From contig NC_068985.1 of assembly GCF_001194135.2 (NCBI RefSeq), positions 108,058,595 through 108,106,456 of the forward strand: 47,862 nt of DNA, given 5' to 3'. Both the position numbers and the translations under genes were made by a program. Under the pieces are notes generated by a model. That model was not told the DNA's origin and made no database searches. It saw only the letters and a program-made list of their open reading frames with translations. This document shows, in pieces, positions 39,532 through 47,862 of the stretch. The stretch's first letter is position 1, and every line of letters starts with the position of its first letter. Source of the stretch: Octopus bimaculoides (lineage: Eukaryota).

Positions 39532-42500
39532 NNNNNNNNNNNNNNNNNNNNNNNNNNNNNNNNNNNNNNNNNNNNNNNNNNNNNNNNNNNNNNNNNNNNN
39601 NNNNNNNNNNNNNNNNNNNNNNNNNNNNNNNNNNNNNNNNNNNNNNNNNNNNNNNNNNNNNNNNNNNNNNNNNNNNNNNNNNNNNNNNNNNNNNNNNNNN
39701 NNNNNNNNNNNNNNNNNNNNNNNNNNNNNNNNNNNNNNNNNNNNNNNNNNNNNNNNNNNNNNNNNNNNNNNNNNNNNNNNNNNNNNNNNNNNNNNNNNNN
39801 NNNNNNNNNNNNNNNNNNNNNNNNNNNNNNNNNNNNNNNNNNNNNNNNNNNNNNNNNNNNNNNNNNNNNNNNNNNNNNNNNNNNNNNNNNNNNNNNNNNN
39901 NNNNNNNNNNNNNNNNNNNNNNNNNNNNNNNNNNNNNNNNNNNNNNNNNNNNNNNNNNNNNNNNNNNNNNNNNNNNNNNNNNNNNNNNNNNNNNNNNNNN
40001 NNNNNNNNNNNNNNNNNNNNNNNNNNNNNNNNNNNNNNNNNNNNNNNNNNNNNNNNNNNNNNNNNNNNNNNNNNNNNNNNNNNNNNNNNNNNNNNNNNNN
40101 NNNNNNNNNNNNNNNNNNNNNNNNNNTATGATTGTGTATAGAGGAATATATTATTTTGTTTAAAAGAGTTCCAACACTGTCTGTTTTTTATGTTTTATTT
40201 ATATTCCTGCAAAACCAATGTGGGATATAGAATATGGAATATACAATATATGATATAATATACAATATATAATATAAAATAAAAATGGATGGTACAATGA
40301 AATAAAGTATTGAATGTCTTATTGAATATATGGAATATGTCTTATTGAATAGATGAAATATTGAGTGTTCAATATAAAGGATTAAATATATAAAGGCGAA
40401 TACGTATTTTCTATACCTTGTGGTATTTCATCATGGCCGGTATGACACACTTTAACAGACTGTCTATATATATATATATATATATATATCGGGGAAGGGT
40501 GTGTGTATGTGTGTTTGTTTACATTTGTGTTCTTTGAAAGTTTCAGTCCACAGGAAATGCTGAGTGCTATTGTCACTTTTCCTGCTAACGAATAACCTCT
40601 TGCTTTGCACCTTTGAAGCCATGGAGGTTATGGTAGTGGTGGGTGTGGGTGAAAGGCATCCCCTTGCTTGTAAAACAGATAAGATGTAGCAACAGGGAGG
40701 CTGTTCAGCTGTAAAATCAATACCTCAATAATATACTTTTACTCATGCTAGCATAGAAAAATCTAATGTTAAACCAAATGCAATAAAACAAAGAGCTTTA
40801 TATTTACATACATTGAGGATAATGTAGGAATCACCGTTGTAGAATGAGCCATAATCCTCTTTTGGCCAATGAGTGACTTCAAATTTCTGAAATAAGAACA
40901 AAATATGTATAATGTAGCCATTAACAAAATAAATATTTGAAAGAGAGCTGTTCAATTAAACATTTTAATTTCAAACCTCCAGCTAATTTTTGTGACTCTC
41001 TGTGTCAGTTTGTAAAGTATTTAAGCAGATGTGGCTGTTCTAAGAAGTATGCTTTCTAACCACATGGTTCCGGGTTCAGTCCCACTGTATGGCACCTCAA
41101 ACAAGTGTCTTCTACTTAAGCCCCAAGCCAATTAAAGCCTTGTCAGTGGATATGGTAAATGGAAATTAAAAGAAGTCTGTCATATATACTCTTTTACTTG
41201 TTTCAGTCATTTGACTGCAGCCATGCTGGAGCACCGCCTTTAGTCAAGCAAATCGACCCCAGGACTTATTCTTTGAAAGCCTAGTACTTATTCTATCGGT
41301 TTCTTTTGCTGAACCGCTAAGTTACGGGGACGTAAACACACCAGCATCGGTTGTCAAGCGATGTTGGGGGGACAAACACAGACACACAAACATATACACA
41401 CACACACACANNNNNNNNNNNNNNNNNNNNNNNNNNNNNNNNNNNNNNNNNNNNNNNNNNNNNNNNNNNNNNNNNNNNNNNNNNNNNNNNNNNNNNNNNN
41501 NNNNNNNNNNNNNNNNNNNNNNNNNNNNNNNNNNNNNNNNNNNNNNNNNNNNNNNNNNNNNNNNNNNNNNNNNNNNNNNNNNNNNNNNNNNNNNNNNNNN
41601 NNNNNNNNNNNNNNNNNNNNNNNNNNNNNNNNNNNNNNNNNNNNNNNNNNNNNNNNNNNNNNNNNNNNNNNNNNNNNNNNNNNNNNNNNNNNNNNNNNNN
41701 NNNNNNNNNNNNNNNNNNNNNNNNNNNNNNNNNNNNNNNNNNNNNNNNNNNNNNNNNNNNNNNNNNNNNNNNNNNNNNNNNNNNNNNNNNNNNNNNNNNN
41801 NNNNNNNNNNNNNNNNNNNNNNNNNNNNNNNNNNNNNNNNNNNNNNNNNNNNNNNNNNNNNNNNNNNNNNTATATGTATCTTTGTCTTCCAGCACTACTT
41901 GAGAACCAGTGTCGGTTTGTTTACGTCCCTTTAACTTAGCAATTTGGTCAAAGGGGCTGATGAAATGATTACCAGATTACTGGAGTCGATTTGTTTGATT
42001 AAACATTTTGCATTTACTCTGGCCATATCCGGCCAAAGTGTTTTACCTGCTTCATGTTTAAACAGGACAGATCCGGCCTCTCATGCCTACCCTGCAATGT
42101 CATTCTAAAAATTAAAAAAATCTCATCATTGGAGATTTTGAAGCTACAAAATAATAAATGCTTAATTCAAACCAACGTGAATAAATAAACATTACTTCTG
42201 AGAGAATAATCTAAATGCCAAAAGATTAAACATTTCAAGGCTGTGCCTTAGCATGGTTGCAGTCTAATGACTGAAAAAGATAAAAGATTCTCTATGATAA
42301 ATAGCTAATCACCAGTATGAAGAGATTTATGGCACAAGGCTCTGTCGCAGATTTCCCTGACCAAATATTCAGGGATAACCAACAGATTGAGTCTATGATA
42401 ACCTGCAGTCTGTTTTGGTTTGTGTATATGCATGTGTGCGTTTAATGTTATTAGCATGTTTGTGGGTGATGTCACATTTAGATGATATGTGCATTGAATG

Positions 42501-45500
42501 TGATGCTACATGTGCGAGTGTGTGAAATATATGCTATATATGTATCAGCAAAATGTTATATGCACGTGATGTTATGTGTGGTTCATGTTACATGTGTATG
42601 TTATGAATATGTGATATTCACGTGTAGTGTTATGTGTGTGTTTGTGTGTGTGTGCAATGATGTATTCTGTGCATTGTAATGTGCATATGTGCATGCAATT
42701 ATCCATGTGTATGTTACGATTGAATATGAGATGTCACACGTGTATAAGATGCTGCACATGTGTGTGAGATGCTGGATATATGTATGAGATGGTGCATGTG
42801 TATACAAGATGTTGCACATGAGTATGAGATGTTGTGCACATGTACAAAATTCATGCACATGTACAAAATTCATGCACATGTATGAGATGTCACACATGTG
42901 AAGAAGATACCAGGCACATGCATGAAACATCACAGATGTGTACAAGATATCATAGACATGTATGAGACATCATGCATACATATAAGATTGTGGAAGTGCA
43001 ATGGCTCAGTGGTTAGGGCACCGGACTCGCGGTCATAGGATCGCGGTTTCGATTCCCAGACCAGGCGGTGTGAGTGTTTATTGAGCGAAAACATCTAAAG
43101 TTCCACGGGGCTCCGGCAGGGGATGGTGGCGAACCCTGCTGTACTCGTTCACCACAACTTTCTCTCACTCTTACTTCCTGTTTCTGTTGTGCCTGTAATT
43201 CAAAGGGCCAGCCTTGTCACACTGTGTCATGCTGAATATCCCCGAGAACTACGTTAAGGGTACACGTGTCTGTGGAGTGCTCAGCCACTTGCATGTTAAT
43301 TTCATGAGCAAGATGTTCTGTTGATCAGATCAACTGGAACCCTCGATGTCATAAGCGACGAAGTGCCAACAGCATATAAGATGTTACACGTGTTTTATAT
43401 ATAAGTTATGAAAGCAGTGAGGTAGGAATCCACTCAGTGTGCAGTGAAGTGATTATATAGAGTAATAGAAGTAAAATTCCAAAGTCACTCAATCTCAATA
43501 TGATTCATTAGAGTCATCAAAGTACAAATAATATAGAAATTAGAGAAATCCTTACCACAATTCTCCAGATTTGCACACCAACTTTACTTCCAGCTCCTTC
43601 CCATGCTGGTTCTGTCTCTGCAGATTCCTCTGAAGAATAACAAAACAATAATAGTGGAAATGTAACTACTGTGAATCTTACAAATAGGTTTATATAATAA
43701 ACACATTAGGGTAAATGATGATGATGAAAATCATTCGAGCGAGGTCATTGCCAGTGCCGTTGGACTGGCTCCTGTGCAGGTGGCAAGTGAAAAACACCAT
43801 TTTGAGCATGGCCGTTGCCAGTACCGTGTGACTGGCCCCAGTGCTGGTGGCATGTAAAAGCACCCACTACACTCTCGGAGTGGTTGGCGTTAGGAAGGGC
43901 ATCCAGCTGTAGAAACTCTGCCAGATCAGATTGGAGCCTGGTGCAGCCATCTGGTTTGCCAGTCCTCAGTCAAATTGTTCAACCCATGCTAGCATGGAAA
44001 ACGGACGTTAAACGATGATGATGATGATGATGAGGGGTGGTAAGTTCCCAAAATTTCAAAACTGTGATCCATGATGAATTCCAAGACATAAATAAAATAC
44101 CCCTTTTTCTTTGAACTCATAAGCATCCAGATTACTCTATCAAATGTAATGCTTATTTATTCATATTGTTTTCAATGAATCATGCATTATCTTACAGGTT
44201 TGAGATTTCAATAATGTGATTGTTTATTGTTGGAATCACATTGTAAGAGTAGTTGCAAGAGGCTATATCTGGCCAGTTTCAACATAAAACATATTTGGAC
44301 CAGATATGGCTAGTTTAAATGCTAAAGGGTTAAGGCACAAGCTTAACTATGTTGTTAAGAGGATCACTTATTGCAGCTATATGATTTCAGGTTTAATCCA
44401 ATAGTGCAGAACATTGGGTAAGTGTCATCTATTATAGCTTAATGCCTTGTGAGTGAATATGGTTGACTGAAATGAGATGAAATCTGTGCTATTTACGCAT
44501 GCATGCATGTATGTATATATCTCTCTTTACTTGTTTCAGTCATTTGACTGTGGCCATGCTGGAGCACCACCTTATTCTTTGTAAGCTTAGTACTTATTCT
44601 ATCAGTCTCTTTTTGCTGAACCGCTAAGTTACGGGGACGTAAACACACCAGCATCAGTTGTCAAGCAATGCTAGGAGGACAAACACAGACACACAAACAT
44701 ATATGTATACATATAAACGACGGGCTTCTTTCAGTTTCCATCTACCAAATCCACTCATAAGGCTTTGGTCGGCCTGAGGCTATAGTAGAAGATATTTGCT
44801 CAAGGTGCCACGCAGTGGGACTGAACTCGGAACCATGTGGTTGGTAAGCAAGCTACTTACCACACAGCCACTCCTGCGCCTATATGTATTCCTTTTCTTT
44901 TACTTTTTTTCAGCCCTTGGGCTGTGGCCAAGCTGTGGCATAACCTTTTGAAGGGAGTAGTTAAGGAAATTAAATCCAGTATTTATTCTTTAAAATCTGG
45001 TACTTATTTTATCAGTTTCTCTTGCTGAACTACTAATTTACGGGGATGTAAGCAAACCAACACCAGTTATTGAGTGGTGGTGGTGAGGAAAATACAGAAA
45101 AGCACACTCACACACATACATAAATATCAGAAAGTTACCATTGATTTCACACCTACTTTTGCACTTGGAAATATAAGATAACTCCTATTTCCAAGTGCAA
45201 TTGTAACTGTAAAACAAATGGTAACACTCTGACCAGTTATATTCCATATTATACAACTCAGCTATATATAAAAGTATAACTGCTCAAAATTTCTTTTAGA
45301 ATGTGCTTTTCTTCCTGCAATATGCATACACATACACAATATAGATATTCAATTCACTTACTTTTCACTTGTCTTTCCAGGTCACTGCCAAACAGGGCCA
45401 AGTTGGAATCTTTCCAGCAGTATTTTTTAGCCTTTACCAGTCCTTTAAAAAAGAAAAAAAGAAAAAGAGTTAAAGAAAAAAATTAAATAAAAGAAAGTTA

Positions 45501-45629
45501 TTCAAATATTTGATTTCACTCATCTTTAGTTTGTCTTTTGTTGAACCATTGACTGAACAATTTGATCAGGATTCTTCTCCACCCTAGTCTATTACACCCT
45601 TTATCTTTCCTTTCTCTCTCACCTGTCAT
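21591..45629 (-). CDS. Gelsolin-like (severin/fragmin-type, three-domain) actin-binding protein, 13 coding exons, 360 aa (span of the spliced CDS)
   Basis: Exons of 7+81+74+75+72+128+109+111+84+83+67+96+96 = 1083 nt join in one frame with matching phases and GT-AG ends. Gelsolin motifs: [81 protein letters not shown]. Confidence 0.95.
22295..22715 (+). mobile_element. Tc1-like transposase remnant with DD36E spacing
   Basis: [32 protein letters not shown], then after a frameshift [44 protein letters not shown]: 36 residues between D and E. Confidence 0.85.
22994..23089 (-). CDS. Gelsolin-like exon 12 ([32 protein letters not shown])
   Basis: tctgtag acceptor, gtaagt donor, 96 nt. Confidence 0.95.
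23215..23745 (-). mobile_element. CR1/Jockey-group LINE 3' fragment
   Basis: [14 protein letters not shown]...VDHIQRRA...LQPLAHR...QSFLPR.LSLW...NLQQFKQ, then a short UTR and aataat tail. Confidence 0.7.
24320..24790 (-). mobile_element. CRE-like non-LTR retrotransposon C-terminal (RLE) remnant
   Basis: [25 protein letters not shown]...[16 protein letters not shown]...KYRAL...LAFE..G...[13 protein letters not shown]. Confidence 0.7.
24865..24985 (+). mobile_element. Short RTE fragment of the same family as 5400-6165
   Basis: [17 protein letters not shown]...[11 protein letters not shown]. Confidence 0.75.
25964..26030 (-). CDS. Gelsolin-like exon 11 ([22 protein letters not shown])
   Basis: tgtttag acceptor, gtaaga donor, 67 nt; the phase-2 start matches the exon 10 end. 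Confidence 0.88.
26820..27167. mobile_element. Two SINE family C copies tail-to-tail (+ then -; the second runs into a gap)
   Basis: tggaaagcggacgttaaacgatgatga (27068-27094) and tcatcatcgtttaacgtccgccttcca (27141-27167). Confidence 0.85.
28028..28154. mobile_element. 127-bp Tc1/mariner-type MITE with ~29-bp TIRs and TA flanks
   Basis: TA-cagggtgtccattaagactgggtacatgg...ccatgtacccagactttgtggacaccctg-TA. Confidence 0.85.
28200..28282 (-). CDS. Gelsolin-like exon 10 ([28 protein letters not shown])
   Basis: ttttctag acceptor, gtattt donor, 83 nt; acidic segment 2-3 linker. Confidence 0.9.
28345..28798 (-). mobile_element. Two tandem SINE family D copies
   Basis: tRNA-like head ggcgagctggcagaaacgttagc and core gtcgactt.gcctttcatc.tttcggg.tcgataaa; the 28565-28798 copy ends ccttgtgggcaataaagaaa. 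Confidence 0.85.
29648..30045 (+). mobile_element. SINE family B with (AAC)n tail
   Basis: Full-length; possible short TSD gatatg. Confidence 0.9.
30117..30200 (-). CDS. Gelsolin-like exon 9 ([28 protein letters not shown])
   Basis: atttag acceptor, gtaagt donor, 84 nt. Confidence 0.92.
30385..30562 (-). mobile_element. SINE family C, partial copy
   Basis: catcatcgtttaacatccgctttccatgctagcatgggttgg. Confidence 0.8.
32454..32564 (-). CDS. Gelsolin-like exon 8 ([37 protein letters not shown])
   Basis: ttatag acceptor, gtaata donor, 111 nt. Confidence 0.95.
32701..33098. mobile_element. Mutator-like non-autonomous element (long TIRs, 9-bp TSD) inserted into a SINE A copy
   Basis: ~110-bp imperfect TIRs (shared block tttcagatgtcagagattac); flanks gacaccttg (32692-32700) and ggcaccttg (33099-33107); the SINE resumes after it. 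Confidence 0.7.
34090..34445 (+). mobile_element. SINE family A, diverged copy
   Basis: aggtgcagacatggctgtatggttaagaagcttg...ccaagcatggcc. Confidence 0.7.
34664..34948. mobile_element. Probable piggyBac-like MITE containing a 20-bp palindrome
   Basis: Ends ttac-ccattacc and ggtaatagg-ttaa; gtgatctca-tg-tgagatcac at 34911-34930. Confidence 0.45.
34980..35088 (-). CDS. Gelsolin-like exon 7 ([36 protein letters not shown])
   Basis: cttacag acceptor, gtaagt donor, 109 nt. Confidence 0.95.
35190..35760 (-). mobile_element. Three tandem SINE family D copies separated by (TAA/TAC)n
   Basis: The cacaagg...gaaaggat.aaaggcaaagtt block occurs three times. Confidence 0.8.
35760..36212 (+). mobile_element. 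Possible Helitron/Helentron-associated non-autonomous element
   Basis: Repeated aaa.tcattaaaatcag motif and a 3' end tttatgtatatagat typical of DINE/HINE-like elements. Confidence 0.3.
36591..36718 (-). CDS. Gelsolin-like exon 6 ([42 protein letters not shown])
   Basis: tttctag acceptor, gtaagt donor, 128 nt; carries the segment-1 actin-binding helix motif. Confidence 0.96.
37034..37404 (-). mobile_element. SINE family B with exact 14-bp TSD
   Basis: actttattttaact at 37017-37030 and 37406-37419. Confidence 0.92.
37923..37994 (-). CDS. Gelsolin-like exon 5 ([24 protein letters not shown])
   Basis: ttgcag acceptor, gtaata donor, 72 nt. Confidence 0.95.
38181..38240 (+). repeat. (TA)n microsatellite
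   Basis: Seen directly. Confidence 0.9.
38300..38660 (-). mobile_element. SINE family A, diverged copy
   Basis: ttctttcagtttctatcaaccaaatccactcac...cagtgggactgaa. Confidence 0.75.
38672..38970 (+). mobile_element. tRNA-headed SINE of another family (V/Meta-type core suspected)
   Basis: ggtggcccagttggttagggtgttgcactc...ttgagcaaaacacttaacttcacc...ccactcagct; a related head at 15605-15790. Confidence 0.5.
40812..40886 (-). CDS. Gelsolin-like exon 4 ([25 protein letters not shown])
   Basis: tatttcag acceptor, gtatgt donor, 75 nt. Confidence 0.96.
41025..41410. mobile_element. SINE A head (+, 41025-41180) joined to SINE A tail (-, 41190-41410)
   Basis: Both halves match family A in opposite orientations; a gap follows. 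Confidence 0.8.
42420..42988 (+). repeat. Degenerate ~20-bp CA/TG-rich minisatellite (gcacatgtgtatgagatgtt-like)
   Basis: Repeated gcacatg...gagat units, which resume after the SINE at 43373. Confidence 0.7.
42989..43372 (+). mobile_element. SINE family B with 10-bp TSD
   Basis: catataagat at 42979-42988 and 43373-43382. Confidence 0.9.
43556..43629 (-). CDS. Gelsolin-like exon 3 ([25 protein letters not shown])
   Basis: ttcttcag acceptor, gtaagg donor, 74 nt. Confidence 0.95.
43735..44035 (+). mobile_element. SINE family C with (ATG)n tail
   Basis: ...gcatggaaaacggacgttaaacgatgatgatgatg. Confidence 0.85.
44523..44880 (-). mobile_element. SINE family A, full-length copy
   Basis: Reverse complement of the 6720-7100 copy. 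Confidence 0.9.
45362..45442 (-). CDS. Gelsolin-like exon 2 ([27 protein letters not shown])
   Basis: Pyrimidine tract plus aag acceptor and gtaagt donor; 81 nt, phase 1-1. Confidence 0.93.
45623..45629 (-). CDS. Gelsolin-like exon 1, coding part (ATG ACA G), candidate
   Basis: ATGACAG|gtgaga donor 180 nt upstream of exon 2. It supplies the single G needed for G|GA, giving M-T-G-L-V-K, which matches the M-x-G-L-V-K-A-K start of invertebrate gelsolin-like proteins. Confidence 0.6.
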
Positions 45630-45639
45630 TACTCATCCT

Positions 45640-45830
45640 TTGTAAGGGAGAATTTAGGAAAAAAACAACAGACGAAGACAGGTGATGTAAACAACAAATG
45701 GATGTATTAGTATAACGCTCGGGAATAAAGAAAGTCTTTAATGTTTCGAGCCTACGCTCTTCAACAGAAAGGAACACAGAAAGAAACAAGGAGAGAAACA
45801 AGGAGAGAAAAAATATAAATGTAGTGGTCA
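45640..45830 (-). mobile_element. Penelope-like remnant carrying a decayed minimal hammerhead-like motif (45736-45771)
   Basis: Minus strand CTTT-CTGTTGA-AGAGC-GTAG-GCTC-GAAA-CAT-T-AAAG; minimal hammerheads are characteristic of Penelope-like elements. Confidence 0.4.
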
Positions 45831-47134
45831 GCGATCTATCATGGTGAATGCCGGACAGAAGGATCACACAGGAGAGCTAAGAAAAAAGGAAGATAACAAA
45901 GAAGTGGTGAACCTAAGACGAGAAGGTGTGTGTGTGTGTGAGAGAATGCTGGTGATCTTAACGTATGCATATGTGTGTGAAGGTGTGAAAATGTGGGGAA
46001 GGGAATTGGTCAGTGCTAGTGTAGCCCTCAACCCTTTCACACAACCCACCCTATTACCTTTTGTCTCTGTCCATCTCTCTTTCCTCAATAACACAAATCA
46101 CTAATCCCTTCTCTTTCCTCTGTTACCTTCTAAACTGTCCCACCATCCTCTCATCATGCTATCCTTTCATCCCCCTACCTAGAATCATTGCCCACTCCGC
46201 TCTGTACTCCCTCAGTTATAGGAGCCACTTTAGAGCTATTTTAAGGACCTAACCTTGCAAGTTATGATGTAACCATCACTCATGCCAGTGCTAGGGAAAA
46301 AGATACTCAGTACATTCAGTAAAGTGTTTGGTGTTAGACAGAGCATCCAGCCATAGAAACCATGCCAAAGTAGACATTGATGCATAAAGTAGACATTGAT
46401 GCAGGTCTCATCAGATCCTGTCAAACCATCCACAATGCCAGTGTGTTAGTTGGACGTTAAATGATGATGGTGAACTTAAACCATTTGTATAGGTTAAAAA
46501 TCAGAGCAAATACTTCTATTGAGTTGTTTAACCTTTTAAGCATTTAATATGACCATATCTGGCTCAAACATTCTACATAATTTATGTTGAAACTGGCAGA
46601 TCAAGCTTCTCACACCTACCCTACAATATCATTCTGAAAACAATCACATCATTGAAATCTTAACCCAACGAGATAATGCATTACTTCAAAACAATATGAA
46701 TAAATAAGCATTACATTTAGCAGAGTAATTTGAGTGCTAAAGAGTTAAGGCAATGTAGTTCTCCAACAAATTTTATGTGCTGTACAGTTCCTTATATCTG
46801 ATACATTCCTTCACATAGAGCTATTAAAAGCTGTTGCTGAATAAACGGATTCAATTACATTGTCTGCTATTTCAATGAGTTATTTGCAAAATTAATCATT
46901 TGTTGCATATATTGTGTTTTATGTGCCAGTGGTCTTGATGATGATGAAACATAGCAATGAACGACTGATCACATTTGGGTGACTCGGGCAGAAACTGAAC
47001 TAGACCCAGTTCTAATCTGGCTAACATTACAGTCACAGTGGGAACTGAACTAAGCTCCACAAGATATTAAAACACTATAGGACTCACACTGCTAACAGTG
47101 GAAAACATTTTGCTGTTTAAATTTATTTTTATTG

Positions 47135-47480
47135 TGGCTGTATAGTAAGAAGTTTGCTTCTAATCACATGATTCCAGGTTCAGTACCACAGTGTAGCACC
47201 TTGGCAAGAAGTTTCTACTTATAATCTCAGGCCAACCAACACTTTGTGAGTAGATTTGGTTGATGGAAACTGAAAGAAGCACATACGGGTGTGTTTGTGT
47301 ATCTTTGTTTGTCCCCCACCACTATTTGACAACTGGTGTTGGGGAGTTTAAGTCTCTGTACATTAGCAGTTTGGCAAATGAGACTGATAAAATAAGCACT
47401 AAGCTTAAAGAAAATATGTACTGGGGTTGGTTCTTTCAACTAAAATTCTTCTGGTCACAGCTTAAAGACCGAAATAAAAG
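47135..47480 (+). mobile_element. SINE family A, diverged copy
   Basis: gtggctgtatagtaagaagtttgc...gatggaaactgaaagaagc. Confidence 0.75.
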
Positions 47481-47514
47481 ATAAAACATTTAATCCAAAG
47501 ATGAGTAAGCTATA

Positions 47515-47740
47515 TCATTTTGGTTTGGTTCAGGTTTGGTCTTATTCCTGGTAGGATTATGCAGGTAGTGGGTTACTACTTGTGACCTTGGGTATCCTCA
47601 AGTTTTCAGCAGTTTTTCAAGTGCTTAGAACCCTCCTGATGATTCTTGCTGTCCCTAAGAGACAAACTTTCTGTAGGAGCCCTACAGGGCACTCTATATC
47701 AATATCCTCCAGCCATTTGTCTGTCTTTGCTTACACCTTC
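47515..47740 (-). mobile_element. R4/Dong-like 3' fragment (second copy, diverged from 2690-3195)
   Basis: KWLEDIDIECPVGLLQKVCLLGTARIIRRVLST*. Confidence 0.7.
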
Positions 47741-47862
47741 AGCCATTTGTCTGTCTTTGCTTACACCTTCAGCCATTTGTCTGTCTTTGCTTACACCTTC
47801 AGCCATTTGTCTGTCTTTGCTTACACCTTCAGCCATTTGTCTGTCTTTGCTTACACCTTCAG
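47711..47862 (+). repeat. Perfect 30-bp tandem repeat, at least 5 copies, running off the window
   Basis: agccatttgtctgtctttgcttacaccttc x5 plus ag. Confidence 0.95.

Noticed and set aside
42989-43060. tRNA genes in SINE heads (also 6720, 28798, 29648, 38672)
   Set aside because: A/B-box-like motifs run into SINE bodies with TSDs; no complete cloverleaf is evident.
47711-47862. CRISPR-like 30-bp repeats
   Set aside because: The units are directly adjacent with no spacers, there are no cas genes, and the context is eukaryotic.

Overview
Eukaryotic, AT-rich, repeat-dense genomic DNA with seven N gaps. The SINE and LINE content suggests an octopus (coleoid cephalopod) genome; this is inference. 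One host gene is well supported: a minus-strand gelsolin-like actin-binding protein of the three-domain severin/fragmin type. I reconstructed it by hand as 13 coding exons from 45629 down to 21591, all with GT-AG introns. The joined frame is 1083 nt, or 360 aa plus stop ([23 protein letters not shown]...ALEIALCA*). Only the 7-nt first coding exon is inferential. The rest is mostly decayed mobile DNA: four SINE-type families, LINE remnants (RTE, L1/Tx1-like, R4/Dong-like, CRE-like, CR1/Jockey-like), Tc1/mariner remnants with DD37D and DD36E spacing, several MITEs, Penelope-like remnants, a 359-bp satellite-like family and microsatellites. I see no intact novel multi-gene system. The best leads are a candidate start micro-exon with an overlapping uORF beside a decayed hammerhead-like fold, a tRNA-like SINE head fused to a Tx1/L1-type ORF1 with a SINE/LINE shared 3' tail, and inverted SINE pairs bracketing in-frame exon blocks. 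Repeat boundaries are approximate and family names come from motif recognition, not database searches.
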